The notes below the pieces were generated by a model. The model searched no databases. It saw only the letters and a program-made list of their open reading frames with translations, and was not told where the DNA came from. 24,694 bases of DNA from a virus (taxonomy: Duplodnaviria > Caudoviricetes). Positions 1 through 4,025 of the stretch are shown here, in pieces. The stretch covers positions 1 to 24,694 of the IMG/VR virus record IMGVR_UViG_3300007541_000205. One strand, written 5' to 3'. How positions within the stretch are numbered: the first letter of the stretch is position 1; each line of letters begins with the position of its first letter. The translations under genes were made by a program, and so were the position numbers.

Positions 1-15
1 CACCCCCCCCAACTA

Positions 16-24
16 TGGTATGAT
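16..24 (+). promoter_or_regulatory. Extended -10 element (TGgTATGAT) of a sigma70-like early promoter; the -35 falls largely outside the window
   Basis: TG-n-TATGAT at 16-24, identical to the extended -10 of the clear promoter at 2499-2527. The predicted TSS near 31 is followed by a hairpin and an ATG at 50. Confidence 0.65.
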
Positions 25-49
25 TATCTCAGTTCACACCACTGAACCC

Positions 50-241
50 ATGACCTTCCCCACCTTCCCTGAGATCCTCTGGAATTGCACTGACCCGGCC
101 AATGGGACCATCCGATGGTCCACTGCTTGCCAAGCAGCAAAGGACCACGGTCTATGGGATGACTTCCGCACAGACTATGGAACCACTGCCCACTTCGGAC
201 CCGTAGACACGGGTGAGTTCCTGGTCTGGTTAGGTTACTGA
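50..241 (+). CDS. Small hypothetical phage protein, 63 aa (MTFPTFPEIL...EFLVWLGY)
   Basis: In frame with track ORF 20..241. The ATG at 20 lies inside the -10 box, so ATG 50 is preferred. GC-rich codon usage, followed by a hairpin. Confidence 0.75.
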   Translation: MTFPTFPEILWNCTDPANGTIRWSTACQAAKDHGLWDDFRTDYGTTAHFGPVDTGEFLVWLGY

Positions 242-252
242 ATGTAACGATC

Positions 253-283
253 GGGCATCTGACTCACGGGTGCCCCTTTCTCT
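253..283 (+). terminator. Stem-loop, possibly a weak intrinsic terminator
   Basis: GGGCATCTG (253-261) / ACTCA loop / CGGGTGCCC (267-275), a 9-bp stem with 2 G-U pairs, followed by pyrimidine-rich CTTTCTCT just after the stop codon. Confidence 0.55.
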
Positions 284-287
284 CCTG

Positions 288-293
288 TAGAAT
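288..293 (+). promoter_or_regulatory. Putative -10 box (TAGAAT) for the 317..523 gene
   Basis: TAGAAT ends 23 nt before the ATG, with the same -10 / leader hairpin / ATG layout as the first gene. No good -35 is visible. Confidence 0.45.
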
Positions 294-316
294 TCAGAAG
301 TCAACTACCACTGACA

Positions 317-523
317 ATGATCAACGCAACCTCTCACCTCTCTTGGGCAGTCTGGGACGCCAAACGTGCCAATGGCGATCGTGACGTTTGGGACTTAATC
401 GACGCCACCGAGCGCGGCGAGCATGGCGGATTCGCTCAAAGGATCGTTGCTGCTTGGCACCGTGCCGATGGCAGAAATCAGAAGCGCCTTTATGACGCCT
501 TCCCTGAGATTTTTGACCGTTAA
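317..523 (+). CDS. Small hypothetical phage protein, 68 aa (GGF..RI..AW..AD..N..RL..AFPEIF motif)
   Basis: ORF track. The C-terminal motif resembles small uncharacterised phage proteins, and the gene has its own -10 box and leader. Confidence 0.75.
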   Translation: MINATSHLSWAVWDAKRANGDRDVWDLIDATERGEHGGFAQRIVAAWHRADGRNQKRLYDAFPEIFDR

Positions 524-564
524 TCTTCAAATCTCGACTAGTATACACAAGCACATTCAAAACA

Positions 565-726
565 ATGAACAACCAACAACAAATCAATTCAATCGGTTTC
601 ACAATTACTTATCAGACGCCATACAATAATTGTGAATGGCGCACACAATCATTCACCACAAAAGAAGAGGCAGAAAGAATGATTTCATTCTATCAGTCTT
701 GTGGTTCTCCTGCGAGGTTTGTGTAA
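565..726 (+). CDS. Small hypothetical cyanophage-type protein, 53 aa (MNNQQQINSIGFTITYQTPYNNCEWRTQSFTTKEEAERMISFYQSCGSPARFV)
   Basis: Translated by hand (below the track cutoff), ATG 565 to TAA 724-726. It has a beta-beta-helix-like F.T.EEA..M pattern, and its stop overlaps the next start (TAATG). Confidence 0.75.
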   Translation: MNNQQQINSIGFTITYQTPYNNCEWRTQSFTTKEEAERMISFYQSCGSPARFV

Positions 727-833
727 TGGGACGCTGGATTCACAAGGGTGGCAAATCCCGCCCTGATAAAAGATTTAAGAACATCCTAACACCAAAGAAA
801 GGAGCAGCAAAGAATAAAAGAAAGAAGAAATAA
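726..833 (+). CDS. Very basic 35-aa peptide (MGRWIHKGGKSRPDKRFKNILTPKKGAAKNKRKKK)
   Basis: 3' part of track ORF 636..833. The ATG at 726 is translationally coupled to the upstream stop via TAATG. Confidence 0.55.
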   Translation: MGRWIHKGGKSRPDKRFKNILTPKKGAAKNKRKKK

Positions 834-839
834 TTCTTT

Positions 840-980
840 ATTCTTTATACTTACCACTGAGTATAAAGAATTACTCAGGGTTGAATGTAAACTATCGGTC
901 AGTGGTGTGGTTTATTCTTTACATTCAGTCCTGTCTAATTCTTTATACTTAGCACTGTTTGAGTTCTTCATACTAACTGC
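840..980 (+). ncRNA. Candidate structured non-coding RNA or repeat element (alternative hairpins, complementary loops)
   Basis: Hairpin A is 840-851/860-871 (12 bp perfect). Hairpin B is 857-891/918-952 (30 WC, 3 G-U, 2 mismatches). The direct repeat 840-859 vs 938-957 is 19/20 identical. No credible ORF overlaps it. Confidence 0.5.
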
Positions 981-1065
981 CTGCTGCTGCGATTCCAACC
1001 ACACAGACGCCCGATCCGTCAAGCGTTTGCCCATAGGCGTTGCTGATCAGTCGGATTTGCTTTTT

Positions 1066-1081
1066 GGTATCTTGCGATACC
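1066..1081. promoter_or_regulatory. Palindromic operator GGTATC-N4-GATACC containing an NtcA-type box (GTA-N8-TAC)
   Basis: GTA 1067-1069 and TAC 1078-1080, ending 10 bp upstream of the -35 at 1091. Confidence 0.45.
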
Positions 1082-1090
1082 GTTTGCCCC

Positions 1091-1119
1091 TTGTGGGATC
1101 GGGGTCGGTCGGTTAATGT
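1091..1119 (+). promoter_or_regulatory. Sigma70-like early promoter TTGTGG-N17-TAATGT
   Basis: -35 at 1091-1096, 17-bp spacer, TAnnnT -10 at 1114-1119, followed by a leader stem-loop and ATG 1170. Confidence 0.55.
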
Positions 1120-1127
1120 TGTTTCAA

Positions 1128-1157
1128 CGGATCGGAAACGACCTTTCACCCGATCCG
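1128..1157 (+). promoter_or_regulatory. 5' leader stem-loop (promoter plus stem-loop cassette)
   Basis: CGGATCGG (1128-1135) pairs perfectly with CCGATCCG (1150-1157) and begins about 2 nt after the predicted TSS. Confidence 0.6.
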
Positions 1158-1169
1158 CACCCCAGACAA

Positions 1170-1508
1170 ATGGCACAATCCTACGATCTGCCCGCCGCCA
1201 TCGTTTCGGATACGCTTGAGACCCTTATGGGGCATCTTGCCACCGCTGACGCTAAGTGTAAGGAAGCGGAGGCAGAATTGAAGCGCCTGCGTGATGAGAT
1301 CGCGGGCATTATGATCGCCGCCGATGTAACCTCCGAGCGCACAGTGTGGGGGTTGGTATCATTAACCTCCCGCGATAAAGTTACCTATTCTCCCGCGATT
1401 AAGGTTCTTGAAATTAACCTTAAGGCAGAAAAGGATAAAGAGGTTGCAACTGGAATCGCTAAAGTTGCAGAGGGCGATAAGTTTATCCGCGTAACTTGGG
1501 CGAAGTAA
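1170..1508 (+). CDS. Hypothetical protein, 112 aa; N-terminal coiled coil followed by a beta-rich segment
   Basis: In frame with track ORF 1116..1508. ATG 1116 lies in the -10 box, so ATG 1170 is preferred. Heptad-like helix LATADAKCKEAEAELKRLRDEI. Confidence 0.8.
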   Translation: MAQSYDLPAAIVSDTLETLMGHLATADAKCKEAEAELKRLRDEIAGIMIAADVTSERTVWGLVSLTSRDKVTYSPAIKVLEINLKAEKDKEVATGIAKVAEGDKFIRVTWAK

Positions 1509-1517
1509 GTTACATTC

Positions 1518-1546
1518 AGGGGGGACAATCCTCCCCCCTTTCTTTC
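1518..1546 (+). terminator. Stem-loop, intrinsic terminator-like
   Basis: AGGGGGGA (1518-1525) / CAATCC / TCCCCCCT (1532-1539), then TTCTTTC. Confidence 0.6.
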
Positions 1547-1570
1547 CACTTTACCATTGCAACTTTCGCC

Positions 1571-1876
1571 ATGACCGCTACACTTTCCAAGCAAATCCGC
1601 ATCCGTTGGGAATACTCTGGACTAGAAGATACAGTCAACGTGTTGATGCAAATCAACCGCAATGGTTCACCTAACGCGGAAAGTAAGGCAGCATACATTA
1701 GAACAATTGCCTACAATTATGCTGTGGCATGTGAACTTAAAGGTGAGATGCCTACGATAACAGGAACTGGCGGATGGTATGTTACATTTTTCCCTGCAGA
1801 GTCTGAGGAGTTCGATTATGGCGTGGAGGTTACTTTAATGCCCTACGTTGTAGCGAAACACCTAGGATTACGCTAG
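1571..1876 (+). CDS. Hypothetical protein, 101 aa (MTATLSKQIRIRWEY...TGTGGWYVTF...)
   Basis: In frame with track ORF 1496..1876. ATG 1571 lies after the hairpin and has an MTAT start similar to the MTFPT start of the first gene. Confidence 0.75.
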   Translation: MTATLSKQIRIRWEYSGLEDTVNVLMQINRNGSPNAESKAAYIRTIAYNYAVACELKGEMPTITGTGGWYVTFFPAESEEFDYGVEVTLMPYVVAKHLGLR

Positions 1877-1890
1877 GTTAGTTACATTTA

Positions 1891-1918
1891 AGGGGTAGCA
1901 ATCGCTGCCCCTCTTTAT
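1891..1918 (+). terminator. Stem-loop, intrinsic terminator-like
   Basis: AGGGGTAGC (1891-1899) / AATC / GCTGCCCCT (1904-1912), then CTTTAT. Confidence 0.6.
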
Positions 1919-1920
1919 AC

Positions 1921-2060
1921 CTATCAGCAGTGCTGATCAGTTGCGGGTTCGTGATTGGCAGTCCTTATGGGTCCCCCCCCCTCCCCGCCGAGGGCCATGG
2001 CCCCCCCCCTTAACTAAAATCAATGGGTCCCTGTAGTCTACAAAGTGTTACGGACGCCCA
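1921..2060. other. Non-coding GC-rich boundary element with C-tracts, palindromes and direct repeats
   Basis: C9 at 1973-1981, C4 at 1983-1986, C9 at 2001-2009. Palindromes at 1923-1937, 1992-2003 and 2032-2042. ATGGGTCCC at 1967 and 2023. Confidence 0.55.
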
Positions 2061-2134
2061 TAAGATACAAGACTCAAAGGATTCTCCCACAAGAATCAAA
2101 ATTGATATATAATTCAAAGAAAGAATCAAATGAT

Positions 2135-2311
2135 ATGCAAAAAAATCCGGACAAAAATTTTGTGACCGTAGAGGTTGATCCAGCAACCGATGATTATTAT
2201 GTTACAATACCTGAGTGGATCATCAATGATCTTGGATGGTATGAAGGCACTGAGGTTGAATGGGTCATTGATGGTGACGAACTAATATTGAAAGAGGTTG
2301 TAAATGACTGA
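2135..2311 (+). CDS. AbrB/MazE/SpoVT-family DNA-binding domain protein, 58 aa
   Basis: YYVTIPEWIINDLGWYEGTEVEWVIDGDELIL matches the swapped-hairpin pattern (V.IP..I...LG...G..V......G.LIL). ATG 2135 lies downstream of TATAAT at 2108-2113. Confidence 0.85.
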   Translation: MQKNPDKNFVTVEVDPATDDYYVTIPEWIINDLGWYEGTEVEWVIDGDELILKEVVND

Positions 2312-2498
2312 CACAATGTATCACATCTATGCAAGAGATAAATGCATATATTACGGATTAACGGAAGAAGAATTTTTAAAGGCTTGGGAGACTGCCAAGG
2401 GAATGATAGGTCTCATGAAAACCGAGTACACGATTGATGACCTGAGTTATGAGAAACTCAACTACTCAAGGACGGCAACACTCGACTCATCACATTGA
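2304..2498 (+). CDS. Hypothetical T4-like cyanophage protein, 64 aa
   Basis: ORF track; 8-nt overlap with the AbrB-like gene; YHIY...LTEEEF motif. Confidence 0.8.
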   Translation: MTDTMYHIYARDKCIYYGLTEEEFLKAWETAKGMIGLMKTEYTIDDLSYEKLNYSRTATLDSSH

Positions 2499-2527
2499 TT
2501 GACGAACCACTATATAAGTGGTATGAT
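2499..2527 (+). promoter_or_regulatory. Strong sigma70-like promoter TTGACG-N17-TATGAT with extended TG
   Basis: -35 at 2499-2504, TG at 2519-2520, -10 at 2522-2527, ending 23 nt before ATG 2551. Confidence 0.8.
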
Positions 2528-2550
2528 ACTGAAGTAAAAATCATTCGATT

Positions 2551-3309
2551 ATGACAAAGGGATTCACTGTAAAAGCAAAGGCACCCATTCCACAAAAATC
2601 AGAGCAAGAGTGGGATTATGATCTTGCAAAGCAAATGATTCGAGGAAAGACAGTTGTATTCTGTCTACCTGGAAGGGGTGTTTCATATACATATCTAAAA
2701 AGTTTTGTACAATTATGTTTTGATCTTGTACAAGCAGGTGCAAGTATTCAGATTAGTCAAGACTATAGTTCCATGGTGAACTTTGCACGTTGTAAGTGTC
2801 TCGGTGCAAATGTTCTAAGGGGGCCAGACCAAAAACCATGGGACGGCAAATTGGAGTATGACTATCAACTATGGATTGATAGTGACATCGTATTCAATAC
2901 TCAAAAGTTCTGGCAAATTCTTTTAATGGATAAAGACATTGCCGCTGGTTGGTATGCAACAGAAGATGGATCAACTACATCCGTTGCACATTGGTTAGAC
3001 GAAGACGATTTCCGTGGTAATGGTGGTGTAATGAATCACGAAACGGTTGACAGTATTTCAAAGCGTCGTAAACCATTTACCGTTGATTACACTGGATTCG
3101 GATGGCTTCTCATCAAAAACGGTGTCTTTGAGCACTCTGAGATGAAGTATCCATGGTTTGCACCAAAGATGCAAGTCTTTGAGTCTGGTGAAGTTCAAGA
3201 CATGTGTGGTGAGGACGTTTCATTCTGTCTCGATGCCAAGGAAGCAGGTTTTGAGATCTGGTGTGATCCTCGTGTTCGTGTTGGTCACGAAAAGACTCGT
3301 ATCATCTGA
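2551..3309 (+). CDS. Glycosyltransferase-like protein (GT-A fold, GT2-like), 252 aa
   Basis: N-terminal beta strand VVFCLPG, ARCK, DXD motif in YQLWIDSDIVF, YTGFGWLLI, GEDVSFC (ED motif) and GHEK, all typical GT-A hallmarks. Confidence 0.75.
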   Translation: MTKGFTVKAKAPIPQKSEQEWDYDLAKQMIRGKTVVFCLPGRGVSYTYLKSFVQLCFDLVQAGASIQISQDYSSMVNFARCKCLGANVLRGPDQKPWDGKLEYDYQLWIDSDIVFNTQKFWQILLMDKDIAAGWYATEDGSTTSVAHWLDEDDFRGNGGVMNHETVDSISKRRKPFTVDYTGFGWLLIKNGVFEHSEMKYPWFAPKMQVFESGEVQDMCGEDVSFCLDAKEAGFEIWCDPRVRVGHEKTRII

Positions 3310-3314
3310 GTCTT

Positions 3315-3482
3315 ATGAGCAAAGAAGAATTTTACACCGTCTATGTCGATGGTGTTGAAACTCATAAAAATCTTACAGAAGATGAATATTTTGATCTGAT
3401 GGAAGACTTTGCGATAAAATACTATGAGTCGGGAGGTACAAATCCCGTCAAGGTTACTTTTAAAATCACTCAAGGAGATTAA
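3315..3482 (+). CDS. Small acidic hypothetical protein, 55 aa (MSKEEFYTVYVDGVETHKNLTEDEYFDLMEDFAIKYYESGGTNPVKVTFKITQGD)
   Basis: Translated by hand, ATG 3315 to TAA 3480-3482. It fills the gap between its neighbours almost exactly. Confidence 0.8.
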   Translation: MSKEEFYTVYVDGVETHKNLTEDEYFDLMEDFAIKYYESGGTNPVKVTFKITQGD

Positions 3483-3487
3483 TTCTT

Positions 3488-3625
3488 ATGGCAATGCGTA
3501 AAGGTGGTGGGTATGTCAAGGGCGCACCCAAAAAATCTCGTCAAGGCTGTGGCATGAATACCAAATATGCCGCATCTTCTCGTAATAAAGCGCGAAAGAA
3601 GTATCGTGGTCAAGGTAAAGGTTAA
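3488..3625 (+). CDS. Small basic protein, 45 aa (MAMRKGGGYVKGAPKKSRQGCGMNTKYAASSRNKARKKYRGQGKG)
   Basis: Translated by hand. SD AGGAG at 3473-3477, a KKYRGQG C-terminal motif that I recognise from T4-like phages of aquatic bacteria, and a terminator immediately after. Confidence 0.8.
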   Translation: MAMRKGGGYVKGAPKKSRQGCGMNTKYAASSRNKARKKYRGQGKG

Positions 3626-3637
3626 TTAATACTACAC

Positions 3638-3662
3638 GGGCGGGTTTATTACCCGCCTTTTT
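3638..3662 (+). terminator. Rho-independent terminator
   Basis: GGCGGGT (3639-3645) / TTATT / ACCCGCC (3651-3657) plus TTTTT. Confidence 0.85.
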
Positions 3663-3668
3663 ACTAAA

Positions 3669-3676
3669 AATAAATA
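3669..3676 (+). promoter_or_regulatory. T4-type late promoter (AATAAATA; consensus TATAAATA)
   Basis: 7/8 match just downstream of the terminator and upstream of gene 3742. Confidence 0.6.
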
Positions 3677-3741
3677 CGATTTAGGGATAGGAACCCCTTA
3701 AAAAGTTCTGTTTTGTCGAAAAAAGACCGAACAGGAGAAAA

Positions 3742-3990
3742 ATGTACTACAAACAAGTAGACAGGGATGTCAATTACATGTATCAAATGTGGGGAACGAC
3801 CAGTTTAATCACTGGTTATTGGTCACATCCGCAACAATCCAATGATCCAGAAGAATTTACAACCGAAGAATTAGAAAAACAACAGCATAATCTTAAAAAA
3901 CAGTCGGAATTGCATCAAAAAATAAGAAATGATGACGATTATGATGACTGGTCATATGGAACGGAACCAAATTATGGGGTTTCCTGGTAA
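3742..3990 (+). CDS. Hypothetical T4-like cyanophage protein, 82 aa, acidic C-terminus (DDDYDDWSYGTEP)
   Basis: ORF track; SD AGGAG at 3733-3737. Confidence 0.8.
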   Translation: MYYKQVDRDVNYMYQMWGTTSLITGYWSHPQQSNDPEEFTTEELEKQQHNLKKQSELHQKIRNDDDYDDWSYGTEPNYGVSW

Positions 3991-3994
3991 TACT

Positions 3995-4002
3995 CATAAA
4001 TA
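3995..4002 (+). promoter_or_regulatory. T4-type late promoter (CATAAATA)
   Basis: 7/8 match in the intergenic gap before gp25. Confidence 0.7.
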
Positions 4003-4025
4003 AATGCAGAAAAAAGTCCTTTCCA

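Noticed and set aside
63-510. 13-bp identity CCTTCCCTGAGAT at 63-75 and 498-510 (FPEI in both proteins)
   Set aside because: It occurs at opposite ends of otherwise dissimilar proteins with no wider homology; most likely coincidence or a minor recombination scar.
831-980. Mini CRISPR array
   Set aside because: The units are degenerate, nearly abutting and in mixed orientation, with no unique ~30-bp spacers and no cas genes.
321-1176. Track ORFs 321..602(-), 423..629(+), the 5' part of 636..833(+), 907..1116(+) and 973..1176(-)
   Set aside because: They overlap better-supported genes or structured non-coding and promoter sequence, and show no protein-like motifs.
1683-1696. GTA-N8-TAC match
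   Set aside because: It is intragenic with no nearby promoter, so it is a likely chance match.
20-2134. Longest-ORF starts at 20, 1116, 1496 and 2045
   Set aside because: They fall in promoter boxes, an upstream gene or non-coding elements. Downstream ATGs at 50, 1170, 1571 and 2135 fit better.
2135-2498. MazEF or VapBC toxin-antitoxin pair
   Set aside because: The downstream 64-aa protein has no PIN, MazF, RelE or Fic motifs, and the AbrB-like protein lacks a toxin-binding tail.
1-4025. tRNA genes or HIP1 (GCGATCGC) enrichment
   Set aside because: No cloverleaf or T-loop signature was seen in the intergenic gaps. Only partial CGATCG matches occur, with no perfect HIP1 noticed.
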